Both the position numbers and the translations under genes were made by a program. From a virus (taxonomy: Duplodnaviria; Caudoviricetes): a DNA stretch of 64,000 nucleotides. The stretch lies in IMG/VR virus record IMGVR_UViG_3300020048_000104, positions 1 through 64,000 of that record; one strand, 5' to 3'. Positions 18,687 to 30,600 of this stretch are shown here, piece after piece. The notes under the pieces are model-generated. The model did not search any database, had not been told where the DNA came from, and worked only from the letters and a program-made list of their open reading frames with translations. How positions within the stretch are numbered: the stretch's first letter is position 1; every line of letters begins with the position of its first letter.

Positions 18687-21600
18687 ATGCCTGGTTCTGA
18701 TTTTGATAAACGTATTTATAGTTATGTAGTAAACACTATAAATGAATTAAAAGAAAGTGGAAGACTTCCTGAAGGAAAGAATCTTAATGCTGCTGGTATA
18801 GCTGCTCAGATAATTTTAGAAACTGGACACGGTAAATCTAAATTATCACAAGAAGCATATAACTACGGTGGTATAAAAGCAGATTCTTCTTGGACAGGTG
18901 ATACCTATACATCTAAGGATGGTAGTGTTTATCGTAAATATGAATCAGCAGAACAAGGACTAGCAGATCAGCTTAGTTTCTATTTAGATAATCCTCGTTA
19001 TGATAACGCAGGTGCTTTAGATGCAACTAACGCATCTGATTGGGCTAAAGCTATAAAGAAAGCAGGGTATGCTGAAGATCCTGATTATGTAAAGAAATTA
19101 AATAGTATAAGTAGAAAGTTTGAAGATCCTACTTATCAAGATACTGAGAGTTCAGTAGAACCTGTAAACACAAGCTCTACTAATTCTCAATATAAACCTT
19201 TAGAGAAAGTTAATGTAGGTACTGTTGATAATTATCAATTACCTAATATTGATTATTCTGTAACAGGAGAAAATACTAAAGTAGATAATACAATACCGTA
19301 TAAACCAATGACTACACCTACTGTAAATACATCATTTACAGGACAAAGTAGTATGTTTAAATTAGGTGGTAATTTATTCCCTGATGGTGGACCTTTAAAC
19401 AAACCTTCTCAAGTATTTACATATCCTAATAGACCTGGTGTAAGATACGCTTTAGATGGAAATGGTAAATGGTTAGTAAATGTTCCTGATGAAAACAATA
19501 AAGGATGGATTCCTTTAGATGATCCTGATGGATCTAAAAGTAGAGAGTTGATGAAAAATGCAGAATCTGTAGATGATGTTGCTTATGACGAATCATTACT
19601 TATGAATCCTGATTATAGACATTTACCTACAACTACTGTAACAGCTGAAAAACCTACTGATTATTATAACACATTAATAAAACCAACTATTCAATTTATG
19701 GATCCTACAGGAATAACTTCATGGGGAGATGTAAAAGAATCGTATGATAAGAATGGTTTGTTTTCTGGAGAAACAGCTTTTGAAATATTAGGAGCATTAC
19801 CACTATTAGGTAAAATAGGGAAGTCTGGTAAGATATTAGGTCCTGCTTTTGAAACATTAGTGAAAGCAAATAAAACAATTAATAAATTACCTGTATCAAA
19901 TAAAACAAAAGAGGTATTATTTAAAACAGTAGGTAAAAGTTATGATAAGGTTAAAGATTATGATAATGTATCAGGTTCAATAACAAAATCATTAAAAGAT
20001 AATATTAAATATATTAATCCTTCTTCACAAAAAGTAAATAAAACAGCAGTGGATGCTTTTAATACATTAAATAAAACAGCTAAATTAGCAAATAAAGCTC
20101 AGTTATTGGATGATACAGGTGTTGTGGATGAAGCTAAAGATGTATTAGTAGATGCTTTAGAGAATAAAACAGAATGGAATTATACTGATGATAGAACATT
20201 TAATTTTAAATTAGGAGGAAATATGAATAAATATTACGCAACAGGTGGTCCTATGGAAGGTATGCCTACAGACGGACAAGCAGGACAACTTACATCATTT
20301 GATGCAGGTGGTAAGCATGAAGAAAATCCTATGGGTGGAATACCACAAGGTATGAATCCTAATGGTCAACAGAATTTAGTAGAAGAAGGAGAAACAAAAC
20401 TTAATGCTAAGAATTATATATTTTCAGATAGTTTAAAAATAGATAAAGATACAGCTAAAGAGTTCTATTTTCCTTCTAAGTACGTAGGTAAAACATTTGC
20501 AGAAGTATCTAAATTAATGGAGCGACCTGATTCTCGTAGAAAACATGATTCTATAGAAGAGAATGCTAAGAAAAAGGATTTAGAAGCTTTGATGAGTGCT
20601 CAAGAAGAATTTAAAGCAAAGGATTTACAAAGAGATATGGAAAACATGATGGTAAAACATCCTGATTTCATGCAATCTATGTTAGCTCAACAAGCTCCTC
20701 AAATGCCTGAACAAGCACCTGTTGATCCTATGATGGCTCAAGATCCTATGATGCAACAAGGAATGCCTATGGAAGCACCTATGGCTAAAATGGGAGGTTA
20801 TCAAAATCAAATGAACTTCGGAGGCTTTATGAATAAAGTTGGTCAAGTAGGTAAAAACTATGGACTAGCTTTAGCTGATAACGCTTTAGGTATGGTAGGA
20901 GCAAATAATGTAATTAAAGATTCTGATTATACAGGAGCTGGATCAGAGTTTGCTAAAGGTGCTCAGCAGTTTACAGGTGTTGTTAATAGAATAGGACAAG
21001 GTGTTGCAGCTGCTGCATTACCTGGTATTGGAGGTGCTTTAGTAGGAGGTGCTCAAAATGCTATGGGTGGTATAGGTGGTGAAAATACTACTATACAAAA
21101 TGGTAGAGTTATGGAATGGGGAGGTGGTTTAAACACTTCTAATAAATATGGTAACTATTCAACAGGTGTAGGATTAGACAATCCTTATTTACAAGATAAT
21201 GGTTTATCTAATAGTACATTACCTGTTGAAAAGAGTTTAACTATACCTTCTGTAGGATCATCTAATGTATCTGGACAAGGTGCTCCTGAAGCACAATCTT
21301 ACGATCAATCATTAGCAAATGCGATAGGTACTTATGCTCCTGTTGCTTATAATATAGGACAAGGATTATTTGGTAAAGTAGATAAATTAAGTGCTGATGA
21401 TTATATTAATAAGGCTACTATAGAAAATTATAGAGAAAATATTAATCCTCAGTTACGTGCTTCTGATGAAGCATTTGCAGGTGCTAAAAAAGGATTAAGA
21501 AATGCTGGTGCTGGTAGTGGTGCATACATGGCTAATTTACAAGCTATGCATTCACAAGACCAAGCACAAAAAGCAGGTATTTATGCTAATGCTGAGAATC

Positions 21601-21893
21601 AGTACGCTGGTCGTCAATTACAAATTGATCAAGCAAATGCATCTAGAGGGGATCAAGCCGCAGCGATGAGATTACAGATACATGATTATAACATGAGAGC
21701 AAAAGCAGCTAAAGATACAATGTTACAAGAAGGATTAAAACAAACAGGTGATATTTCTAAAGCTAAAACATCTAATGAATTAGCTACAATGTACAACAAT
21801 TTATACGCTCCTGATTTTAAAGATTTCGCTAGTTATAATAGTTATGCTGATATGTTAAAACAAAAAGCACAAGCTAAAAAGAAAAATAAGTAA
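18687..21893 (+). CDS. Virion cargo protein 1 (crAss001 gp45-like) with N-terminal GH73 glucosaminidase domain
   Basis: AAQIILETGHGKS...YNYGGIKA...YRKYES...KAGYAEDPDYVKKL (GH73/FlgJ-like), crAss cargo motif GGKHEENPMGGIPQG...NLVEEGE, and Gly/Ala-rich hydrophobic segments. Confidence 0.75.
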   Translation: MPGSDFDKRIYSYVVNTINELKESGRLPEGKNLNAAGIAAQIILETGHGKSKLSQEAYNYGGIKADSSWTGDTYTSKDGSVYRKYESAEQGLADQLSFYLDNPRYDNAGALDATNASDWAKAIKKAGYAEDPDYVKKLNSISRKFEDPTYQDTESSVEPVNTSSTNSQYKPLEKVNVGTVDNYQLPNIDYSVTGENTKVDNTIPYKPMTTPTVNTSFTGQSSMFKLGGNLFPDGGPLNKPSQVFTYPNRPGVRYALDGNGKWLVNVPDENNKGWIPLDDPDGSKSRELMKNAESVDDVAYDESLLMNPDYRHLPTTTVTAEKPTDYYNTLIKPTIQFMDPTGITSWGDVKESYDKNGLFSGETAFEILGALPLLGKIGKSGKILGPAFETLVKANKTINKLPVSNKTKEVLFKTVGKSYDKVKDYDNVSGSITKSLKDNIKYINPSSQKVNKTAVDAFNTLNKTAKLANKAQLLDDTGVVDEAKDVLVDALENKTEWNYTDDRTFNFKLGGNMNKYYATGGPMEGMPTDGQAGQLTSFDAGGKHEENPMGGIPQGMNPNGQQNLVEEGETKLNAKNYIFSDSLKIDKDTAKEFYFPSKYVGKTFAEVSKLMERPDSRRKHDSIEENAKKKDLEALMSAQEEFKAKDLQRDMENMMVKHPDFMQSMLAQQAPQMPEQAPVDPMMAQDPMMQQGMPMEAPMAKMGGYQNQMNFGGFMNKVGQVGKNYGLALADNALGMVGANNVIKDSDYTGAGSEFAKGAQQFTGVVNRIGQGVAAAALPGIGGALVGGAQNAMGGIGGENTTIQNGRVMEWGGGLNTSNKYGNYSTGVGLDNPYLQDNGLSNSTLPVEKSLTIPSVGSSNVSGQGAPEAQSYDQSLANAIGTYAPVAYNIGQGLFGKVDKLSADDYINKATIENYRENINPQLRASDEAFAGAKKGLRNAGAGSGAYMANLQAMHSQDQAQKAGIYANAENQYAGRQLQIDQANASRGDQAAAMRLQIHDYNMRAKAAKDTMLQEGLKQTGDISKAKTSNELATMYNNLYAPDFKDFASYNSYADMLKQKAQAKKKNK

Positions 21894-21916
21894 CTTTACA
21901 GTAAAAATAATTAGAT

Positions 21917-24619
21917 ATGCCGATTAGTCCATATAGCACCCCTATACAGTTTGAATATAAACCATTAGGTTTAGAAGGTTTTGCGAAACCTCTTAGTGAG
22001 ATGCAAACTCAATATGATGATACTTTAAATAAAGTAGATGCTTTAGATTTTGATATTCAAGCATTGTCTAAAGATGATCCTGCTGCAAAAGAGAAAATCA
22101 ATGCTTTAATGGAGCAACGTAATCAGTTGCGTGATGAACTAATGAACACTAAGAATTTTAAACAAGGTGCTCGTAAAGTATTGGATTTGAATCGTCAATA
22201 TACTAAAGATGAGGATATTCAATCTATGCAATCTAATGCTAAATCTTGGCAAGAATATGACAAACTTGAAAAAGAAAGATACTTAAAAGGAGAAATCAGT
22301 AGAGAAGAGTACGAATCTAATCGTGCTGTTAGAATGGGTGAGTATGCTGGTTATAAAGAAGGAAGTATTAACACTACTCCTTTGTCTAAAAATGAAGAAG
22401 ATAATATTCGTAAAGAAACTAATGCGTTATTAAGTGCTGCTCCTGAACAATTAGAGTATATGTATAATGATTTAGGTATTGATGCTACAACAGGTAAAAA
22501 ACTTAAAGAAATTATAGAGAATAAAGAAATAAGTAAAAATCAAATTGCTCAAGAAGTAAGTAAAATAATTCTTACTTCTGATAAGTACAAGGAATTTTAT
22601 AATTCTCGTGCTGATTTAGCATGGAGAAGTTATAAGTTAGCAGGAAAAGAAGAAGATATTGCTACTAGTACATATCAAGCAGATATTGCTAATACTACTA
22701 ATAAGATAACAGCTGCTCAATCAGAATTAGATAGACTTACTAAATTAAAAGAGTCTGGTAAATATTCAGGTGAAGGTCTTGAAAATATTGAAAAAGGTAT
22801 CACTCAATATACTACTACATTAGAAAGTTTAAATAATAGAATAGCTAATGTACAAAGTGCTTTAGAAACAGGAAATGTTAATCCTCAAGTAGCTAAAAGA
22901 TTATTTGAAGATCAGTTCCTTGAAGGTAAAGTAAATCAATTAGTTACTGCTAATGCTGATTTATATGATTATCGTAATACTGAAATCACAGACCAATATA
23001 CAACTATTGATGATGGAGGAACTGGAGATGGTTCAGGTATTAATGGTTCATCAGATGCAGCTGCTTTTATACCTAATACTTTTTCAGGAACTATTACAAA
23101 TGAAAATTTACAAGACGTTACTAAAAAATTACGTAAAGGTGTAGATGATGTATATGATGAATTAGATTTTAGGACTAGAGCAGATGGTACATCTGTTGGT
23201 ATATTTAATCAATTGTTCGGTAATCAAGACAGAGGTTCTAAAGCAGCTACAACTAATGCTATATATCAAGCAATTAGAGAAACAAAAACAGAAGGTGGTA
23301 ACGCTGTAACATTTGCATCAAAACTAGCAGAAAAAGGAATTGGAGGGTATGACCAAAAGAAACTAGATGTTATTTATAATAAATTTAGCTCACCTGACGG
23401 ATTAACTACTTTATCTGAATCTGTTGGTAAAATTCAAAGAGATATAGCTAGAATAGAAGAAGTTAAAGGTATGCAACGAAATGCTACTGAGCAAATTTTA
23501 AAAAGTAATGATTTTAAAAATAATGAAGATTTAAAATATTCTGGGTATAATTATAATAACGCACCTGAAAATTTAGCAATAAAAGAAAAACACATGGATG
23601 CAGCATCTAAATCACCTTTGTTTATGAATTTTGGTGAAAAAGCAGATGTTATAATTAATTCAAAAAATAGTACCAGTGAAGAAAAATTAATAGCTAAAGC
23701 GTATAAAGTAGCTTATGAGAGAGATCCTAAATATTTTAAAGTAACTAATGAGGATATAGCTAAAGTTGCTGGTTATAATAATGTAGAAGATGCTATACTT
23801 AAAGGTTTTAAATTTCCTACATCTCGTATTAATGATTATATCAATACTAAAATGAACGATGCTTTAAAAACATCAACTTATTTATCTACATTGAGTATTA
23901 CTGGTGATACAAAAGAAGCTAAATTGCTTAGAGCAACAATTAATGATCGTGTAACAGATGTGGTTAAAACAGTAGGTATAGATGGATTAGTTCCTGCTTT
24001 TGCAGATGGATGGTCTGAAGAAGAAGGTCTATTTGAAGAAGTTGATAATAAACCTACTTTTGTAGGAGAAGTAGTAGGTAAGTCTACTGTTTCTAAAAGT
24101 GATAGAAATATATATATTACTACAACTGTTAAAAATAAAAAAACAGGAGCTACTAAAACAATACATACATTATTTCCTGAAAACGATAAATTAATAGAAA
24201 AAGAAATATATAAAAACATATATGAAACTTCTAATCCTGATGAAGCATTAGGTAAACGTAATAGAAATATGGCAGGATCAGGAATGTTTGATATATCTCA
24301 TCCTGATAATCCTTTAACAAGTAGCCAAACGAAATCATTACAGCCGACTGATGAAAAACCAATTATGATATATTCTTATAATATACAAGGTTTTGGAGAT
24401 GCTGGTAAGATTAGAATATTTATGAACTCTAAACAAAAATCTGGAGAAAAAGGAAAAGCTCATAATTATTACACAGCTAAAAGATATGATCCTGCTACAT
24501 TAACTTGGGTTCCTATTAATATAGATGAAAAAGGTAATATTGTTTTCAGTGGTGGTAAATTATTACAGACAGAAGATCCTAATGGTATAAAATCTAAGTT
24601 AGGTAGTCTTTACTTTTAA
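21917..24619 (+). CDS. Virion cargo protein (gp46-like), function unknown
   Basis: 900 aa helical protein with N-terminal PYSTPIQFEYKPL, located between cargo 1 and the giant proteins. Confidence 0.55.
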   Translation: MPISPYSTPIQFEYKPLGLEGFAKPLSEMQTQYDDTLNKVDALDFDIQALSKDDPAAKEKINALMEQRNQLRDELMNTKNFKQGARKVLDLNRQYTKDEDIQSMQSNAKSWQEYDKLEKERYLKGEISREEYESNRAVRMGEYAGYKEGSINTTPLSKNEEDNIRKETNALLSAAPEQLEYMYNDLGIDATTGKKLKEIIENKEISKNQIAQEVSKIILTSDKYKEFYNSRADLAWRSYKLAGKEEDIATSTYQADIANTTNKITAAQSELDRLTKLKESGKYSGEGLENIEKGITQYTTTLESLNNRIANVQSALETGNVNPQVAKRLFEDQFLEGKVNQLVTANADLYDYRNTEITDQYTTIDDGGTGDGSGINGSSDAAAFIPNTFSGTITNENLQDVTKKLRKGVDDVYDELDFRTRADGTSVGIFNQLFGNQDRGSKAATTNAIYQAIRETKTEGGNAVTFASKLAEKGIGGYDQKKLDVIYNKFSSPDGLTTLSESVGKIQRDIARIEEVKGMQRNATEQILKSNDFKNNEDLKYSGYNYNNAPENLAIKEKHMDAASKSPLFMNFGEKADVIINSKNSTSEEKLIAKAYKVAYERDPKYFKVTNEDIAKVAGYNNVEDAILKGFKFPTSRINDYINTKMNDALKTSTYLSTLSITGDTKEAKLLRATINDRVTDVVKTVGIDGLVPAFADGWSEEEGLFEEVDNKPTFVGEVVGKSTVSKSDRNIYITTTVKNKKTGATKTIHTLFPENDKLIEKEIYKNIYETSNPDEALGKRNRNMAGSGMFDISHPDNPLTSSQTKSLQPTDEKPIMIYSYNIQGFGDAGKIRIFMNSKQKSGEKGKAHNYYTAKRYDPATLTWVPINIDEKGNIVFSGGKLLQTEDPNGIKSKLGSLYF

Positions 24620-24632
24620 TAAAATTAAATAG

Positions 24633-24643
24633 TATATTTGTAA
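24633..24643 (+). promoter_or_regulatory. Promoter element TATATTTGTAA
   Basis: Third identical intergenic copy, 20 nt upstream of ATG 24664. Confidence 0.65.
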
Positions 24644-24663
24644 AATATACAAATATACTATTT

Positions 24664-27600
24664 ATGTTACAGCCGAAAAAGTCTACGTTTTTACAAGATC
24701 TTAAAAAACATGAAGATCAATTAATAAAAGATGGTAAAATAGATGATCCTAAAGTTCTCGAAGAACAATTAGGAGGTATTCCTGAAAGAGTATCATCTAT
24801 AGATGTGTTATATCCTAATAAATCACCTGAAGAATTTGAGAATTTTGAAGAATATATGCCTACTCAAACAGTACGTAGTGGTCAATATTCAACAGAACAG
24901 TTATCTAATATACGTGCTGAGAATCAATCTAATTGGGAACAAGCTGGTAATGCATCTGCTAGATTTGCATTAAATATTGTTCCTTCTATTGTATCAGGAT
25001 TCGCATCTATGTTAGATATTCCTGGTTACTTTGATGCTGAACATGCTGCAACTAATGATCTAGTAAATACAGTAGAAGAATGGAAACAACAAGTAAATCA
25101 AGAAATAGCTCCTATTTATTTAGAAAATCCTGATACTCCTATGGACCTTGGGGATTTTGCATGGTGGATGGATCGTGGAGAAGGACTAGCAGAATCAGTA
25201 GCTTCTTTTTTAGTACAAGGTGCTGCTATGGGTGCTGGAGTTGGTGCTTTAGTAAAAGGTGCTAATGCATTCAATAATGCTTCTAAATTAGCTAAATTAG
25301 TAGGAGCAAGTGCTAAAACACAAAGTAAAGTAGGTACTGTCGCAAATATATTTGTTGAAAAAGCAGGTACATTAACTAATGCTATTGCTTTAAATCAATC
25401 AGAAGCTGTATTAGAAGCAACAAGTGTATATAACGATACTAAAACTTATTGGCTTGATAAAGGTTACTCTATGGAGGATGCTAAGAAACAAGCAGCTATA
25501 GGAGCATCTACAACAATGAATATGAATAGAGCTAACATTCTATTAAATATTACATCTGCTTACATGTTCATGACACCAATGAAACTAGCTAGGAAATTAG
25601 TAGATCCTGTTAGTAGAGCTAATACACTTAAATCATTAGTTGCTGAAGGTTCTCAAGAAGCATTAGAAGAACTTATCAATCACTCAGCATCACAAGCAGG
25701 TAAAGCTCATGGTAAAGGTGAGGAGTATGGTTTTAATGATGCTATTAAAGATATGAAATCAGCTGAAGGTATTGAAGCTGCTTTATTAGGTGCTTTTGGA
25801 GGTATTGCTCAAACAGGTGGTAGTATTGCTTTTAAACATTCTAAATATGGTACTGGTTCTGCTGTAAATAAAGAAACAGGTGAAAGAGAATCAGCTTATA
25901 CTCAACAAACTAACAGATACGAAAAACAACAAAAAGTAATAGAAGATTTAAAAGCATCTGGTGTTAAGAGTTTTGATGTATTGAATAATCTTGCTTATAC
26001 AATGAAGTTAGGTCAAGATATGGCTGATGCTCAAAATAATAATGATATAGATAAGTACAATCAGTTACAAGCTGAATTATTCGAAACAAAAGCATTAACA
26101 GCATTCCAATCAGGTACTACTCAAATATTAGAAGACTTGATTAGGTCTTCTGCTGGAGAAGATGGTGAAACAGGAATATCAAAAGAGCAAGTTAACGAAG
26201 CTATTTCTAATTTGAGAGAGTTAGAAGCTGTGTATAACAACTATGAGAATTTTGAAAATGTTGATGATTTATTTTTCAACAGAGCTAATAAAATTCGTAC
26301 AGAAAGAATATTACGTTCTCAAAAAGCAAATCAGATAGAAACTAAAATGAATCTTCAAGCAACTGCTGAACAAATTGCTAAGAAGTATAAATTCAAAGTA
26401 GATAAAGAAGTAGTATATAAAAAAGAAGGTGTTCAGACAGGTACTGAAACACTTACTACAGAACAACCTATTACATTTTCATTGGAAAACTTAGGAGATA
26501 ATCCTGGTACTACAGAGGATAATAGAAAAGTGTACGATGCTTTCGTAGAAGAATTATCTAATACAGAAGTATATAAGAATGCTCAAGAACAAGATCTTAC
26601 TGTAGAAGAAACAGAAAACTTATTAAACGGTTTAAATGAGAAATTCGTATCACTTAAATCTAAAGAAGGTCAAGAAAAAGCTAAAGTTGAGAAAGCTGAA
26701 AAAGCAATTGAGTCAGAAAGAATGTCTAAAATATTACGTGATGATTTCGAAGATTTGGATGAATTACGTAAAATGGCTGCTGAAACAAAAGATGATAATG
26801 TTAGACGTAAGGCTGAAAAGAAAATAAAGACTATTGAAACAAATCGTGCTATTGAAGCTCAACAGAAAAAAGACGATACTGTATTCAATAAGTATAGTAC
26901 AGCTATTGCCAAAACAGATAGTAGTCCTGAAGGTAAAGCTGAGTTTGAAAAATTAAAAGCAGAGATAGCAAAATTGAAAAACTTATCTCCTGCTTTAAAA
27001 CAAAGATTAGCTGATTCTATTGATGCTCGTCAAAGAAACATGGATGCAGGTATGATGTCAGATGAAAAGGTTACTAAACCAAATCCTTCTGATGAAAATA
27101 CCGTAGACTTATCTGAATTGATAACAAATTCTAAATTACCAGAAGATTTTGTAACAGATGATGTTGAAGAAAACATAGAAGCTGAAATAGCAGATGCTGT
27201 TAAAGAAGTATATGAAAAAGACCGTAAACCTCAACTTAATGAAAAAGGTGACTTAGAATACGACTTTGATCGTTCTGAACAAGGACATGATAAAGGTGCA
27301 TTCTTAGCAAGAGATTTTGTACAAAACGAATTTAGTGGTAAAGTTACTAGAGAAGATATAGACAATGAACTTAATGAAGTAAATCCAGATATATTAAATC
27401 CTGATACGTTAAATGAAGGTACTAAAATTACTATTAAGGTAGATGATGATTATGATGGTGATGTTTATGTAGGTGACACTAAAGAAAAAATGCCTTGGTC
27501 TGAAAGGAAAAAGCAAATAGGTAATAATCCTGATACCATGCGTGATGAAATACCAATGGTTGTTGTTGACAATACTGGTAAGAAATTATTTCATATACAC

Positions 27601-30600
27601 GATGTTAACTGGATTAATGAAACTAATGTATATGGTGATATAGAATCCGATAGAGATGCATTAAGAGCTATTAGAGATAAAGTATTAGCTAGTGGAACAA
27701 GTGGTGTAGAAACATCTATTACAAGTAAATCAGCAGGTATATTATTTACTACAGCTAAAGGAGAATCTGTATTATTAAAAGATGGTATGCCTGATCCTAA
27801 TTTACAATTAGTAGTAGGTAAAGATAATGCATTTACTGATAATTCTGTAGATAGAGAATCACTACTTAATAAGAAAATCAGAGATGGTCAATTGTATGCT
27901 ATTATTCCTGTTGGTAAAGAGAAGATAGCTATTCCTTTACAGCGTACTCAGTTGAAAAACAATCCTGAAATATACAATACTATTGTTAAAGCTATAGAAG
28001 CATATTTAGATCCTGAGAATAATCAGGAATTTATAGAAGGTGTAGCTAAAGTAGGATCTAAATTAGATGTTTCTGATTTATCCAATTTATCTAAATTCAT
28101 ATCCCAATTTGTATATTTATATCCTTTGGAAAAAAATGAATCTTTAGTTGATGTAGTATCTCGTTCTTCTGAAAAATTCAATAGACAAAATTCAATAATA
28201 TCAATTACTGGTAACTCTATAGAATTTTGTAAACCAGGTATTAGTAATTCATGGGGAAGTATATCAACAAACACACCTGCTAATATGCTTCCTGCTTTAT
28301 TGAAAAGACTTAAATATGTATTGAGTGATGTTAAGACACATGCTAAAAAAGATAAAAATACAGGTAAAGTAATAACTACAGATGTTGCTGTTGTTAATGC
28401 TGAAGGACAAGTAGTATCTAAACCATATAGAGAATTTATTGGTGAAAACTTTAAATCTAATGTGTTATCTACAAAGATAAATACTAAAGATGGTGTTAAA
28501 TATGTATATAGTATTCAACAGAATATTACATTTGATACAAGTTTTGCTCCTGTTCAAAAGAAACCTGTTATTGCTACAACTACTCAATCTACAAATACTC
28601 AAGAAGCTGATGTAGAATCAGAAATTGTTGATAATGCTTTAAAACAACAATTAGATAATGATGTTAAACAAGTAGTTGAAGATACACAAACATATCCTAC
28701 TGAAAAATTAATTAATGATTTAGCTGATTTGAAAGCAGGTAACTTAAAAACATTTGGTGAATCTGCTGAAGATGCACCAGATCAAAAAGAAGTTAATTAT
28801 ACGATATACATATTTGAAAACGCACTTAGAATACGTAAAGAAGCTAATAACACAACTGATTTATCACAATTAATTAATAATGATAGAAAGATTACTCTGG
28901 ACTCAGATGATGTTTCTAATGATGATGATACGGATTTCCAATTAATTCCTGAAACAAATGTTAAAAATGCTGTTAACGATGCTATTTCTGAAATGACTGT
29001 TAAAGGTATTAGTCTTCGTCAACAAAATTCATTAATAGGATATATAGGTTCTAAAATAATTAAAGCAAGTATAGATAAATTACAAGAAACAGGAAAGTCT
29101 AAAGTTTCTATTAATGACATATTTGATGAGGTAGAAAATGATTTAAAGAAAGATTATCAGACATACGTAGATAACATACTTCCTAATAAAGCAGGTAGAG
29201 TTAAAGCAATTCTTGATGACTTTGCTAAAGTTAAACAGTTAACTATTGCTAAAATAGAGTTAATGAACACTGGTACATTAACTTTAAAAGAGAATAACGA
29301 TGCTGCTGAAATAGAATCTGATGATATTACAACATCTGTTTTATCTGATGAGGAAATGGATATGTCAGATGAAGCATCTGGAGGATTAGAAAATGTATTA
29401 CATAGTGACGATTGGACTTTTACACTTGATTCTAAATCAACAGCTTCTGCTAATTTGAAAAAGTTTTTAACTTTTGTAGAAGACAAAGAAGACGGATTGA
29501 CTAAGTTTAATGAATTAGGATTTCCTGAAATTATAGAGTTTGATGTTGTTTATAATACGTTACATGAATTACTAGCAGGATTACCTGCTAACTATGATAA
29601 AATGTTAGCTACGTTAGAAGCACATACAAATAAATTCCCATGGTTACAAACAGTAATAGAACGACTAGATGATGCTCCAGATCAAATAAGAAATGAATTT
29701 GTTTCTGATATGGCTAAACATGCTATTACAATGAAGTTTATTCTTTGGAATAAATTACAAAACGGTAAATATGTATTGTTTACTAAAGATGCCAATTCTG
29801 CATCTACTCAAAAAAGATTACTTACAACATGGAATTATAATATTACAGATGGTAATAATCCTTATTCTATTTTAAAAGTAGATGATAGTGGTACTTATGT
29901 GTACGATAGAACTAAAATAGAACCTTTAGTAGCATTAGCAAAGGAATGGGAGAACGCAACAGTAGATAATCTTCCTACTAATGATGAGTTGTTAAAATGG
30001 CTAAATGCTTTTGGTATTACTGTTAGTGAAGAAACACTTAATGAATTAAGATTAGGTAAATTTAAAAATAAAGGAACATTAACTTTCCAAAGATTGTTTA
30101 CTGCTCATAACGGATTGGTAAAAGTATTAGCAACACAGATTGACAAGTATTCTGAGAAAACTAAATTTGATGATACTAAAATAATAAATGATACTGTTAT
30201 TCAATCACTTGCTACAATGGAAGCAAGTAATGCAGAAAACATATTCAGTAACTCATTTAACGCAGGAGGTAAAACAATTTACACATTTAGTAATAACAAG
30301 TATGTAATTAACAGATTCCGTGATTTAAAAGAAGATGCTCAATTACGTGCTGATTTAGAGAATGTTCCTTTTATAAAAGGTAGTTTGTGGTTGAATGAAT
30401 TAAATAATAATCCTGCTTTCAATGAGCATTTTGGAATAGACTATTTATCATTAGAAGCAATTAAAAAAGAATTTACTCCTTCTAAAGATAATCGTAAATT
30501 GAATAATTTAACAGAAGACGAGCATGAGGTTATTAAATTAGCTATGTTCTTTAATAATTACAATAATAGACAAGTGTCATTTTTCTATCCTACTATGTCA

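Noticed and set aside
20690-20785. Met/Pro/Gln-rich repeats (DPMMAQDPMMQQGMPM) in cargo 1 as a DNA repeat element
   Set aside because: This is imperfect low-complexity linker coding, typical of disordered regions in cargo proteins.
21891-21905. TAACTTTACAG as another late promoter
   Set aside because: It deviates from TAnnTTTG at the conserved G and overlaps the stop codon; the evidence is too weak.
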